A stretch of 64,000 bases of DNA from Camelus ferus (taxonomy: Eukaryota), in the NCBI RefSeq assembly GCF_009834535.1, contig NC_045697.1:45324001-45388000 (forward strand), read 5' to 3'. The position numbers and the translations under genes were made by a program. The notes beneath the pieces were generated by a model. That model had not been told where the DNA came from. It was given only the letters and a program-made list of their open reading frames with translations, and did not search any database. Positions 49,869-62,844 of the stretch are shown piece after piece. Position 1 is the first letter of the stretch. Every line of letters begins with the position of its first letter.

Positions 49869-51459
49869 TCCTGATCTTATCACCAAGCTCATTTCTTATT
49901 ACCATACATGTCCTTTGATTATAAGAATGATTCTAATAACCTATAGTTGCTAGGTTGATAGAGCAACACCCTGTGGTTTGCTTCTGCTTGTGACTAGCAA
50001 TACTTATTTGAGAAATAGCTTGTCCATCTTAGTGACTGATACAAACAGGAAACAAAGTGAATCCAATTAGGTTTTATGAAGCCAGACACTTGAAACCTTG
50101 GCTTGAGGGACACCAAAATTGAAATGGTTAAACTAACTAAGAAATCAGACTTGGTATTGAGCCATTCAGTGATTTACTTACATATCTTAAATTAGTGACT
50201 TGAAAGATGAGTTAGTTACTCTCATTTCACCCCTCTTTGGAATTCTAAATAGCTCAAGAGATTTATACAGCTTCCAAACGGACTTCACTAAAACCAGAGA
50301 AGTGTTGGTGTTTGGGGAGAATTTAACATCTTCTACCTTATTGTGTTTCAGGTTTGTAAAATTATTGGGTTGGTACAGAATGTTTTGACTACCATATATA
50401 GAGCAAAAATGATTCTAAGCCTTTTCATATTTAGATTGCTAGAATGATTTTCTGTGTCAAATTTGACTGCAAATTCATGGATTTATGCCCTTGACATAGT
50501 ACACAGCATTTAGTTAGGTCTTTGTAAGCAATTGCTCTATGAATAAAGATTAAGTTGTTAGTTTAATATTAGATTTTAAAGTTTTTGTGCTTACTTTTGT
50601 TCTTTATAAGGCAATTTCTTTTCCTATGCCCATTCCTCTCCCTTATCTTGCCTTGGCTTAGGAATGCTTGTCCATGAACTAAAAAAGTGCGTCTACAAGA
50701 TGTCTCAGTGCTGCATGTTAGAAACTTGTGCACACATTAATTGAAGATACCTTTGGGGGTACCCTTCTCTTGCTTGTCGTTCAGAATCTCATTGAAGTTT
50801 ATTCTCAGTTCCCAATCGAATGTCTTCTGAATTGCTTGATCAGGTTACCAGGGTGTCCAGGGCCACTTCTTTGAATTTCTTCTCCTTAACCTTTTTATAT
50901 ATTCCTAATATATAAGAGTAATAAATGGTGCCAAGGCAACAAAAACTTACAGGTTAAACCTGCCACATCTCTGTGACATATTAAGGCGATTCTCTGGAGG
51001 CTAATGTTTATTAATGACTATTTTGAACCTGCATTCTATGAAGAATGTCTGGGTATTGCGAGATTACTTTTATAAGTACATTTATTTTCTGTTTGTACCA
51101 TCCATCTTAGGCGACCTGGATTGGCTATTTGGTTGCATCCATTTGATACTTAGAGGCTGTTTTGTGTCTTTGTCTTTGTTGTAGAGGTCACGGTGATGAT
51201 TCCGGTAGAGCTAGTGAGATCAGTCTGAGCATTTCATGTCTCTCTGAGTTTTAAATTTGGAGAGAGAGAGGAGCAAGGATTTGTGGGATTTATAACTTCA
51301 AAGTTTCATCCATGTCTTCAGATATTAGAGAACGAGTGATAATTCAAACTTAGTTTACAAGTTTCTTGGGTTATGGCTCTCAAAAATTGCATATGCAAAG
51401 GTATGAAATTTAAATAGCTAGCCTAAAAAGTCTTAAACTTGATAATAATTAATCAAAGC

Positions 51460-51725
51460 AGTATTTTCCAAACTTCACCCATTCAAGTTCTTCTTTTTGA
51501 TTTTGCTCATATGTGCTTATTATCTGCAGATTATTTTTTTATTTTCACTGAATTGACTCAGTAAACTTAAATACCTAACTGAGCCTCAAAATTTTGTGAT
51601 GCCAATTTTTTATATTTCTAACGAATGTTGAAATACATAACTATTGAACTAAGAAATGTTTCTGAATCTACTGAAATGATGCCTCATACTCCCTGATATG
51701 GACATCACATCCTGAGACTCACTGG
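51460..51725. mobile_element. Possible hAT-Charlie MITE remnant
   Basis: Begins cagtattttccaaact and ends ...gactcactg (degenerate TIRs). Confidence 0.4.
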
Positions 51726-52480
51726 ATTAGTAACTACTTTGGAATGTCTACTGAGGATTTTCTTTATGGGAAAATAATCGAGGCTTGCCCCCTAGGTTGT
51801 TATTTTTTGGACAGTCTTGGCTTTAGGATATGAAGTAAAGGGTGTAGAAGAATCCCCATAACTCTATTATACCTTCTAATAACTGCCATCCAGAAGTGAG
51901 CATTGTCAGAAAAGCCAAATGTAATAGGCTCATAGGGCAGGAGAAACGTACTAATCAAGCAACACCAACTCTGCCTCTTCCTCCTGAGGAACGCAGATGT
52001 GTTATTTTCTAAATCAGGGGCGGTTTCTTAGTGTAGCCGCACAGGGAGCTGTGAGAGTTGTGACATTAACAAGCCTCCGATGCCGTAGCTGCTCGTTGGC
52101 GTTTTATCTTTGCCATGCTGACATCCGCATCGCAGTTTTGTTGTGATGCTTTTGACAGCTGTCCAGAGAGAATAACCAAACAGAACAGCAGGTAATGCAG
52201 GCCGTTTGTGCAAAATACTTAGGTGTGATGTTTGTGCCAGCAAAGGGACAGGGAAGAATGAAACCAAGTGCCAACTTGTCCTCACAGAGGGACAAAGGAA
52301 ATCCATCCCATAGCTTTCCTTCTGGAAGTGTGGGGAATGTATTGCTTATTGAACAGCGGTGCCTCCTGTGTTTCTATTTATGAAACAGAGTGGCATGAGA
52401 CGAGCGGTAGGGGCCATTGGGAAGTGCAGCTCCATGACATAATTCACAATTCTGTGCCCTCTTTCAGGTCCTTGAGCAAA

Positions 52481-52941
52481 ATGGGAAATGGTTCAGTGAA
52501 ACCCAAACATTCCAAGAACCCAGATGGCCAGTCTGGGAACCTCACTGCCAGTGCCCTCCGGAGCAAGGTGACAGAGCTGGAGAGAGAGCTGAGGAGGAAG
52601 GATGCTGAGATCCAGGAACGGGAGTACCATCTGAAGGAGCTGCGGGAGCAGCTGTCCAAGCAGACTGTGGCCATCGCAGAGCTCACAGAGGAGCTCCAGA
52701 GCAAGTGCATCCAGCTGAACAAGCTTCAGGATGTGGTGCACATGCAGGGAGGAAGCCCGTGTCAGGCCTCTCCAGATAAAGTGCCCCTGGAGGTCCACCG
52801 CAAGACCTCGGGATTGGTTTCCCTCCACAGCCGAAGGGGAGCGAAGGCTGGAGTGTCCGCTGAGCCAACCACCCGAACCTATGACCTCAACAAACCACCT
52901 GAATTTTCCTTTGAGAAAGCAAGAGTCAGAAAGGACTCCAG
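52481..52941 (+). CDS. PRKG2: cGMP-dependent protein kinase II, first coding exon (codons 1-153 plus 2 nt): N-myristoylation site, leucine-zipper dimerisation domain and autoinhibitory segment
   Basis: The translation MGNGSVKPKHSKNPDGQSGNLTASALRSKVTELERELRRKDAEIQEREYHLKELREQLSKQTVAIAELTEELQSKCIQLNKLQDVVHMQGGSPCQASPDKVPLEVHRKTSGLVSLHSRRGAKAGVSAEPTTRTYDLNKPPEFSFEKARVRKDS matches the mammalian PRKG2 N-terminus. The ATG at 52481 has strong context (aaaATGg). The acceptor is ccctctttcAG|G (AG at 52466-52467, exon starts 52468). The donor is CAG|GTAAGA (GT at 52942-52943). Confidence 0.97.
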
Positions 52942-53389
52942 GTAAGAAGGTCCCACACCCTTTTGACTTAGATGGCCTTAATCTAATGAGACATTAGAGT
53001 GGCATTAATTGAGCCCCCTCAGTGGAAAAGAGCATATTAACCATTTTGGATTTCAGAGTGGTGGGCTTCAGGAATGGTTTTGTTTTGCAGCAGGGTCTCC
53101 TTTTAAGCAGAACTTCTTTTTAAAGCAGGGTTTGTGCTTCTCCTGGACTTTGATGTGTGATTTGCATAACTGAGGAACTGAGTTTATGAAAGTCATTTCC
53201 ATGGTTTTGAAAACTGTAGGGGAGGGAAGAGGTTGTTTCAGAAAGTCCGCTCTTCTCTCTTCCTGTAGAAGTGGTCTTAACGGTGTACACAAATCACGAT
53301 ACATTATGAACATAGCAGAACCCACTTCTTAGCACTTAGTCTGCAAGTGTCGTGAAAAAAGGGCCAAGACTGAGCCTCCAAGGGGGATG

Positions 53390-53730
53390 AATTCATTCAT
53401 TCATCCCACGGTCGTGCACTGCGCTCTGCCAGCCACTGTCTTAGATGCTAAGTATAAATCAGTGAATGAATAGACACAGAGCCTTTCTTGTGAGGAGATA
53501 GTATACATGGAAACAAGTAAACATTGTGTAATTATTAATTAAGATAAAAGATATGATGAACCCAGCAGTATAATGAGTGGTGTCTGGGATTAGAGGGAGA
53601 GAAGGGGATGGAGGCAACGGAACTGGGCTTGTCACGGAAGCCTGGCTGAGGAGGTGACCTTTAACTGAGACCCAAAGGAGCACGAGGAGCATAGACTAGG
53701 TGGAAAGAGTATCTTGGGAAGAGGGAACAA
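53390..53730 (-). mobile_element. L2 3'-end remnant
   Basis: attcattcattcat...cagtgaatgaatagacacagagcct...ctgaggaggtgacctttaactgagaccca. Confidence 0.7.
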
Positions 53731-55206
53731 TTAAAAGCCAGAAATAATTTAAAAAATAAGGATTTTTAAAAAGACATGTAAATATTTACCACAACATTCT
53801 TATGCAGGCATGTGTTTACGTGTGTGTGTGTGTGTGTTTGTATATGTATATGTTTCTTTTCTGGCCGAAATTTTAATTTCCTAATCAGGAAAGATTGACT
53901 GGAAACATCATGAGTTAGAGTTTTTTTTTCTGTTCTCTTTTTAAACGACTGAGTATTTCTTAGTTGCAGTTAGATCTTTTGCCTTGATAATGTCTTGGCT
54001 GAGCCTGGATCTCTCTTGCAAACTGCAAGATTAGTAAAATTAAAGCAACTTTTAATTTATTCACTGACACAAGTAACATAAATCAAGATAAAATATCTGA
54101 CTTAAATAAATGATTAATTTTTGACAACAGGATTGTAGAGGGAGGGTTAATTCATCAATTTGTTGACAGTGCTTGGCAAGTAGCAAATGATCAGTAAATA
54201 TTTGTTAAGGAAACAAGTCATGCTGGATTATTAGTCATAATACTCTGTGGCTGAAAGAATCTGACTAATATGAGAGTTCAGAAGACTTTTCTAAGCCGAG
54301 AATTTTATGACTAGTTGATTTAGAAAGATCTTATCTATTCTTATTGTGTAAATAATAATTATTTGTTTTCAGTGGTATGAATTCAGAAATTATAAATGTT
54401 GCTTACAAACTTATGCTTGTTTTTCAAAAATTAAACATCATAGTGTTCTCTTTTGATGTGTAAGAGATATACACACATATGGTAATACTATATATTATGC
54501 ATTATATTACTATATATGCATATATAAGCATAATGTATTATTTACCCACAAAAAACTCTCAAGTAGTAATGTGTTTGCATATCTAGGAGAGATATGTGAG
54601 AGAATGTAATAGCAATTCATCTTCTTTGACCCTCTTCCTACATTTTCTATGAGACTTCTCCTCTTGAATGAAGATTATTTTTAATTATTTTATTCCAAAG
54701 ATTTTTGTCCATCTTTAGGCAAAACATCATTCTCCCAGAGTGAAGTAACAGAACAATCCAAGATAAGTACATTACTCTGTATTTTTAAAATTAGCTCTGT
54801 TATAACCCGGCAGAGAAAATCAGTAGCTGGGAACAGTTAGTTCTGGGGCCAAACCACCTGTCTGTCATGAGTGGGACACGGGAGAGGAAAGACATTATAG
54901 GCCCTGAATAAGAATTGGCAACGATTCCGCTCATCCATCATAAAGTCAAGCCAAATGGGTATCGGTTTGTGCTGAGGACAAGACGAAGAAATGGGATAAC
55001 TGATTCCTTAGTGATTAAGTCCTAAAGAGGCCAAATTGGATCACTTATGCCCTCATATTCCTCTTAATGCTTTCATAGACCTTTCGGTTCTGAATTGAAA
55101 AATTAAGTAAAAATATGGGAACCACTCTTTGTTTTTTCACATTCCAACATTTCTGATATTGGGATGTTCCTTACAATTGAAGACATGCCACAGCTTAATT
55201 GGAAGT

Positions 55207-55300
55207 GTTTTTTTGTAAATTGAAGTATAGTTGATTTACAATGTTGTGTTAGTTTCTGGTGTACAGCAAAGTGATTAAACTACATATACATATATACAAT
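55207..55300 (-). mobile_element. Short L1 3' tail
   Basis: aattgaagtatagttgatttacaatgttgtgttagtttctggtgtacagcaaagtgatt. Confidence 0.8.
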
Positions 55301-56303
55301 ATGTCTCAGTTTTCCTTGCAGTCTCCCTTATAAAATGTCTTTCCCCTTAAGTCTGGAATAACTGGCTAAATGTAGATAGCTAACATCATCAGTTCAGAGA
55401 TTTAAAATTTTCCGGTTCTTTGAACGTGCTCAATATTACAATTCACTTACCATTTTCACATAGTTCCAGTTTTAGAGAAAAGCCATAAGTAAAGTTAGAA
55501 TGTTTTAATTCATCTTTTATACAGTCTTCACGAATTTTGTAAGAAACAAGTTTCTAGAAGTTAGAACTTTAGAAAAGATGAGGGCACCATTCACTGATAA
55601 AAGGATGCTGGACAGTATCCATTGATTTGGCTACTTTTCCAAGCAGTTCCTGTTAAATATTAGAGAATTTAAATATCAGTCAAAATGGCACCTTCATTTA
55701 TTTCTAGGTTCTCATGATTTACTTGTTTATGACTGTATTTATTTCTACTAACACATGTCAACTGCATTTTGGATAAGGCCTCCCCTCCACACTGCATCAG
55801 AAAGCCATTGAATGGCTTCTTAGACTTTTTGTCAAAAAGGGTATCTCAGATGAGGACTTAACAGTGAGCAGGGAAGTGAGGAGAGACTCCCAGCCCCCCT
55901 GCAGTCAACAACATTAGGGAGAAATGAAGTACTGACCGACAGCTGAGAATAACATTTGGGGGGATGATAGATTTGGAATTTGAGGATTCAGATCCAGTAA
56001 TTCATGAGAGACTCTAAGACCTATGCCACAGCTGTCTGTGAGTTCGCTAAGGTTTCTGTGCTCAAATGTCTTGTGAATGGCAAGTGAACCTCTCAGACTG
56101 CCAGGCAGCCCGCTCATGCCGTCTTGGCTGTCTTGTACCCTGCAAGTGTACTTGCAGGGTCTGAGAGGGTAGCTTAAATGGTATAGTTGCACCTCCCTGT
56201 TTTATACAGAAAGACTTATGCTCTAATGCATCAGAGAACTCTTGAAATTTGCCTTTTGCAAAATGCAAGGATCTACTTTGTAAGATCAGGCTTTAGAATA
56301 ACT

Positions 56304-56504
56304 CAGTGCTGTCCAAGGGAACTTTCAGCAGTGATGGAAATGTTCTATAATCTGTGTGGTCCAGTATTGTAGCCAATAGCAAAATGTGGCTGTTGAACTC
56401 TGGAAATGGGGCTTGTGCCACTGAGGAATTGAATTTTTAATTTCAATTTGTTTTACAATTATACAGCCACATGTGTCCAATGACCACTCTATTGGATATT
56501 GCAG
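56304..56504 (+). mobile_element. MER3-like hAT MITE
   Basis: cagtgctgtccaagggaactttcagcagtgatggaaatgttctata...ctgaggaattgaattttt...agccacatgtg...tattggatattgcag. Confidence 0.85.
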
Positions 56505-57107
56505 TTCTAGATTATGTGTTTTTGACTGTAACTACTATCTCCTGAGATGGGAATTATGACCTAGTGAAATTTGGGAAAGCTTTGTAGGCAAAATAAGACC
56601 TGTGTTCAGTATTAGAACAAAGTCTCAGAAAATGAGAATGAGCCTGTCAGATGACATGGGCACAGTGTGGGATCAGTCCTCAGCAGCCCTGAACCTGCAG
56701 TCTATTGTAGCCTTTTGTAGGGACTTGGCTTTGTGCCCACTGACCATTTCAGATCTTCAGAAGCCTACGACTGTGTGGGCACGTAGTGTGTTTTATTACA
56801 GGTCCTCAGCCTTACTGAAGTATCGTAAATCAGGATGAGTCAGAGCATTACAGTATAGCAGATACTCTGATCTCTGATTTCAACTTATTGTGGTGACTAT
56901 CAGAAGATTTTAGAGCTGGAGGAACTTTAGAGATTGTTTCATGCCTCCCTCCCCTGCCATTCCCCACCGCCAACTATGCCCCTTACTGGAGAAGTGAAGA
57001 AACAGGTGCTGGGGAGTTGCGGAATATGCCATGGTGAGTGGCAAGAGCTAAGATTAAAATCCAAGATTCTTGACTTTGAAACCAGTATTTTCCCTCTACA
57101 GTCCTAG

Positions 57108-57670
57108 TGTTTCCTGAAAACTGGATTTGCCTCTTGGGGGTGTCAAGCCAAAAGACACAACCAAGCCAAAGAGTGGGGGAAGGATGAATTTATTACTTGC
57201 AGCAAGTAAGGAGAACACTGGGGATATTTCCCAAAGCAGTATCTCCTCAAACAGCAAAACTGGAGTTTTCAGCTAAGCGTACATGCGTATTTATGAAGGG
57301 GCTTGAGCAGAGGAGAATTCAGCATAGAATTGGGGCAAAGATCGACAGAGTCCCAGCTCTCGATTGAAATCTTGAGGGTCGGCAAAGGTCAGCAACATCA
57401 TTTCTTAGGTTCCAGTTAGTCTGGTTGTTGGGTGCTTGAGGGAGATTTGGCTTCTGCAAAATAGCTCAAGGATGTGCTTCGGACTAGAACTTGGAGTCTT
57501 TACAACTGATTTATTGTCTCTGATATGGTGATTTCCCTGGCCTGGTCAAGGACAAGCACTGTGGTCAGGCTTAGATCGGAAAATGGTTTAGCTTTAAAAT
57601 GGCTTCTCTTATGTCAAGCAAGTTATGTCTGATTCTCCTCCTCCAGCCACCCCTACCCTATCTGCCTACA
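57108..57670 (-). mobile_element. ERV1-class solo LTR (563 bp), intronic and antisense to PRKG2
   Basis: TG...CA termini and a perfect 4-bp TSD ctag at 57104-57107 and 57671-57674. AATAAA is on the - strand at 57189-57194. The - strand start is tgtaggcagatagggtagggg. Confidence 0.88.
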
Positions 57671-58579
57671 CTAGAGTTCTTAAAACAACCACAAAGATCA
57701 AAGGCCTCAAGTCAGATTGGTTTGGCCACCAGTCTGCTTTATTTTGACATGCTCTGTTGATTGGGAGGAAGAACAGTGTGCTTCCTGGCTTCTTCCGAGC
57801 AGAGTTGAGCAGAGCTTACCCATTGCATCAATGTTCACCAAGTGCTGGATCCTCAGAGCTCAGACCTGTGTGAAGAGGACACAGAGAATGGGTTTGATCC
57901 ATCTGGCCGTACAGACTGTGATGTAGGTGGAGGGGCACGAATGGATGAATAGGTTCCCAAGTAAGTACAGTGGTTCTCAAGGCTGACAACTGAGCATCAG
58001 TGGCAAAGGAGAGTGAGAAAGAGCTCAGATCTCATTTCTGTCCACATCTGACCTGCCTCAAACACCAGGACAACCAGGCATCCCAAGGTCAGACCTCTTA
58101 CTGAAATTAAATTTTCTGTTGATGTAGACATTGTTTAGCAAACTTCAGCCCCGGCAGAGCAAAATTACAAGCTCGTGCAGAATGTCTGGTGGAACACAGG
58201 CGAATTAATCAGAGACATCTGGCAAGTTGCTGGTACGACTGCCTTTCACGAAGAACGCCTAAACTATCATTTGAAAGTATTGTTCTTCTGTGAAAAGGAA
58301 AGAGAAAACAAAGACTTGTCGGCTGACTTCAGAAGTTGACTGTAGTTTTAGGAAGGACAATTAGTCTCGTTTGTCACTCCCACCCCAGGAGCAGAATAGG
58401 TAAAAGTGGAAAGCGTTAGTGAGTCAACCATTTAAACAAGATGTGGAACAGCAGTGAGGAAGAGGATATTTGTTATTATTGGGGCTTCCTTTCGAAAGCA
58501 GCACTGCACGTTTGAATGTGCATTATAGGAATGCAGCTTCTTTATCGAGCAGGAGTGTTTCTCTGGAGTAAAAAGACAG

Positions 58580-58850
58580 TAGTAATAATAACAACATTTG
58601 TACATCACTGACCACTCTGAATGCCTCCCAAACGTTGGATCATTTAATCCTCACACCAGACTTGTGAGATAGATATTACTACCATCACAACTGTAAAAGT
58701 TGTGATTCTTACGTATCGTTTTATGTAGAAGGAAACCGAGGCATGCAGAATTAAATACCTTGCCTAAGGTTGTAATGTTGGAACCGGGATTCAAAACCAG
58801 GACTTCTGCTACCTAAAGTCTCTTTTAACAACTCCAATATACCACTATAC
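58580..58850 (-). mobile_element. MIR SINE
   Basis: catttaatcctcacacc...ttttatgtagaaggaaaccgaggcatgcagaattaaataccttgcctaagg...gggattcaaaaccagg. Confidence 0.8.
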
Positions 58851-61704
58851 CAAAACGAAAATTAGAGGAGGATTCTTTATATCTTAGTTGGGAAGCCTTG
58901 TAAAAAATAAATATATAATTAGAAATAGATATGTTTCTATTTTTTCCCTATAGTTACAAACAGCTCCCGGCTATTGCTATTTCTCCCTGAAAACTGTGCT
59001 TTCAGAAAGTGCTGCACTGTTACCACTTTGCAGTAGAGGAAAATTTTGCTGAGAGTGGGAGGGAAAGAAATCTTTTAATTCCATGAAACAGTGACTTAGA
59101 TGTTACTGTATGAGACGTTCTTTATGTAGATTTTACTTAGAAAGATTATTAAAGATTACTGAGAGTGCATGTACAGACTCTTTATCAGATGAATAGTTAA
59201 AAACCTCATGCATATGCTTGTAAATACTATTCCTTAACCTGGGGTCTTGAGAAAAGCAAAAAAGTGAAGCTCCCCGTATAAAAGATGGAGGAAGAGGAAA
59301 GTCCACTTGTGTGGTGACCTGATAGCCTGAAATTTTGGGTAAAGGGAGCTGGGTGATGTGTCTGGTGAAAGATGCCAGAATGTCTGAAAACAGAGGTTAT
59401 GTTTTATAGCAGTAATGTGCATTAGACATGCAGATCAGAGCTAGCTACACAGGGATGCAGTGAGAAAACCAAGTTGTTTGCTCTGTTGTTTTCCATCTAT
59501 TATCCCATGGAGCCTGGACACTTGCCTAATGAGGTAGGTGTTACTTTAACCTTGGCCCGGAGGTGAAATGAAAGCTCAGGAGCATTCAACAGCTTGTACA
59601 AGGTCGTCCACTGAACCAGGTTTCCAAGCTGAGTCTGCCGAATGTCAAGAGGGTGTTCTCTACCCCGATGTGCGAAGTGGATGGCTCCCCTTAGAGCTGG
59701 TTGGGGCTGGGATGGGCAGTGCTGTTAAACTTCAAAAAAAAAAAGGACAGGTAAGGAGCATGGAGGAGTTGAAGCCTAGAATTCAGTGGTAGCTGCCTTG
59801 CCATCTCAGAGAAGACTTCCTGTACCCTAGTACCCAGCTTCGTCACTTCCTGCCCCTGCTTTTTTCTTCTTTCTCTTTAGATGCCAAAGGGCCTGGGCTC
59901 TTCTCACTTTGCACCCCACCTGGACCCTCTCTCAACCTCTCAAATCACCTGCTTGGTGTATAGCAACCCTCTGCTGCTTCTCACTTTAACCTCACACCTT
60001 CCAGTCTGTCAGTTGCTAGCTGTCAGGGGAAATGCGTAATTAAGCCTCAGGAAACACTTAGGACTTGAGGGCTAATTGTAAAGAATCAGATATCTAAGTG
60101 CTTATTGTCAGTGCCCAGCTGACTCAGAGCCACCCTTCCCCCGCCCAGTGATCTCCATTCCTGAGTTATAGCATATTCTGTGATATTTTTATACTACACA
60201 AAAACCACAGCAATTTTTGTCCCAATAGCCTTGGCTGGAAAGATTCCCTTTACCCCATCAGATTAACACATTTAGCTTAACAAATAGTTACTGAATATTC
60301 AATTCTTTAATTTTGTTTTCTTCCTTTTATTTTCTGTATTTCTTTCTGTCTCCTCCCTATCTAATTTTCTTCCTTTATACTTTTATTTTATTTGCCCCCA
60401 GTTTTCCTCCAGTCTCAGCATTAGACTAGTCAATAGCCATCAGTACCAATTTGGAGTACCTATTATAAGCCAGGCGCACTGCGCTATGACCTATTTAGAG
60501 TAACCTCATTTGTTTTCACAACAACCTGCCGGCTAAGTATTACTACCCGAGGCTTACCAAGCCTGAGTAACTGGTCCATGGTGCTAATCAGTAGTGCCTA
60601 ACGCTGTGTAGCCTCATCTGGAGACCAAGATAGCTGCCACTTAATCATAACATGTCTGATTTTGCCCGCTAGCTTACTAATTTATAGAATGTTTATAGTA
60701 GTTCGTGGATCTGCTTGCCTCCAGATAAGTTACTCCAGGTGACTGAGCAGTGCTGGCTTTGAACCGCTGTCCTGGGGCCTGCGCAAAGCCTTCAGCTCTC
60801 CTCTCTTACATCTTCAGAACGTCCTCTGAAATGGGCTGCTCTTTCTGGACCCATTTTTCTTTCTCCCACGCATTTCATGCCATTCTGGACACTGCCCATT
60901 TTCCCCTGCTAGATTCCTAGGAAAGAGTGGAGTAGAAATAGTCTGACTGAGAAGACAGTGGCCTTTTCTCCTTGCTTGTCAGATCAGAGGGAAGCATCGT
61001 CCCTGACCTTGCCTGAGGCGTCAGGTTCCAGGGAGCCTCCCTTTTCCTTCCAAAGCGTGAGCAGCTGGCTCAGCTCTGGTCACCTGACTTTTTCTAGGGT
61101 TTAAACTGCATTTGAATTCTCAAGAAGGGGTAAAAAAATCTGAAGCCAAGGAAAAGCTTTTCAGTTTTTAAGCTGTGGAAGTACCTTCTCTGTGAAAGAG
61201 AAATTTGTTGTAATTGTCCTTTAATTAAACCTGTTTTCTTTCTTTAAAGTCTTATTTTAAGGTGATTTGCTCCCCTCCATCTGACTTTCCTTAGAAGCAT
61301 TTGTTAGTTGTAGATTTTTCAGTGCAGTCTGGTTTGACAGGTTTTGTTTGTTTGCTTTGTTTTGTTTTGTTTTTGTTTTTATTTTTTGAGAGCTATGGCC
61401 AATAATGGCCAGAAAAATCTTATGTAGAAAATTCGTATTAAAGTGTGAGTGATCAGGAACTCTCAGTTTCCTTTTAGTCCTTCCAGGAGTTTGTTACGAA
61501 AAATTAATTTTAATTGGTAAAGTCCAAGCATCAGCTTTGGTAGTCTTTTTGGGGTTTATAAGTAAGCTCTGGGAAATAAGGAAAGAAAGATCTATAGCTT
61601 CCGGTCTCTTCTCTCCAGATGAGATGAGAAAAAGGGAGGTAAAAAGTGAGCAGGAGAAGATACTACTTGATATTTCTCAGGAGTAGAAACTCAGGGAAAC
61701 CCAG

Positions 61705-62286
61705 ATATTAGTTTTCTATTGTTCCATAACACGTTACCACAAACTTAGCAGCTTAGAACATCACATATTTGTTATCTCAGCTTTTCTGTGGGTCAGGTCT
61801 GGCTGAAGCTGTTTTGGTCATCTGCTCAGGGCTTCACAGGGCTGCAGTCAAGGTGTCGACAGGCTGTGTTCCTTTCTAGAGCTTTCTAGTAGAAGAGGTC
61901 CTCCTCTAAGCTCAAATGATTGCTGGCAGAATTCAGTTGCTCGTGGTGGTAGAACTGAGGTCCCCATTTTCTTGCTGGCTGTCAGTTAGGGGCTGCTGTC
62001 AGCTCCTAGAGTTCTGCCCAGAGTTCCCTGCCATATGTCCCCATCGTAGGCCCTCTCAGAACACGGCAACTTACTTCTTCAGGGCAAGCTGGAGAATCTC
62101 TGTATTGTTGCTAAGATGAGACCTTATATAACATGCACTGGGTGACCCTCCCATCACGGTTACCATGTTCTGCTGGCAAGGAGCAAGTCCCAGGTTCCAT
62201 CTCCAGTCAAAAGGATGGGATTATGTAACAGTGTGACACTAGCTGGGTGGAGATCATGGGGCCATCTTAGAATTCTGCACACCATA
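61705..62286 (-). mobile_element. MLT1E/F-like MaLR LTR
   Basis: tattagttttctattg...taccacaaacttagcagctta...ggcagaattcagttgctcg...actgaggtcccc...ggggccatcttagaattctgc. Confidence 0.85.
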
Positions 62287-62369
62287 CCAGGCCCTTCTGC
62301 CTCTCTGGTGTGAGATTTTCTCTAAGAATGTTGGCCACACTGGATATGTAAAGCCATACATCAAAAGTC

Positions 62370-62844
62370 CAGAGTCTTTACATGAAGCATATTCACAAGA
62401 ACCAAAGGGTGGAAACAATCCAAATGCCCATTGATGGAAGAATGGATAAACACAATACAGTATATACACAAAATGAGGTATTAATCTGCCTTAAAAAGGA
62501 GGGAAATCCTTTCCTTTTTCATGCTGCAATGTGAATGAACCTTGAGGACATCATGCTATGTGAAATAAGATTCAAAATGAGTATTATTACCATTTATATT
62601 AGGTACCTGGAGCAGTCAAATTCCTAGAGACATAAGGTAGAATGGAAGCTTCCAGGGGCTGGGAGGAGCGGGGAATGGGGAGTCATTGTTTATTGGGTAC
62701 AGAGTTTTAGTTTGGGAATATGAGATAAGTTCTGGAGATGGATGGTGGGGATAGATGCGAAATAATGGGAGTATACTTAATGCCACTGAACTGAGCACTT
62801 AAAAAGTTTATGTTATGTATTTTATAACAATTGAAAAAAAAAAA
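62370..62844 (+). mobile_element. Old L1 (L1MB-like) 3' end
   Basis: agcatattcacaa..ccaaagggtggaaacaatccaaatgcccattgatggaagaatggataaac...agttctggagatggatggtgg...aatgccactgaactg followed by poly-A. Confidence 0.88.

Noticed and set aside
52268..52480. Open frame extending 71 codons upstream of the PRKG2 ATG, with an in-frame ATG at 52337 (a potential 48-aa N-terminal extension)
   Set aside because: It lies upstream of a canonical splice acceptor (52466-52467). The peptide is unrecognisable, and an extension would mask Gly2 myristoylation. It is most simply a chance stop-free intronic stretch.
58684..58706. Hairpin atcacaact-gtaaa-agttgtgat
   Set aside because: An isolated 9-bp stem inside a MIR, with no other ncRNA features.
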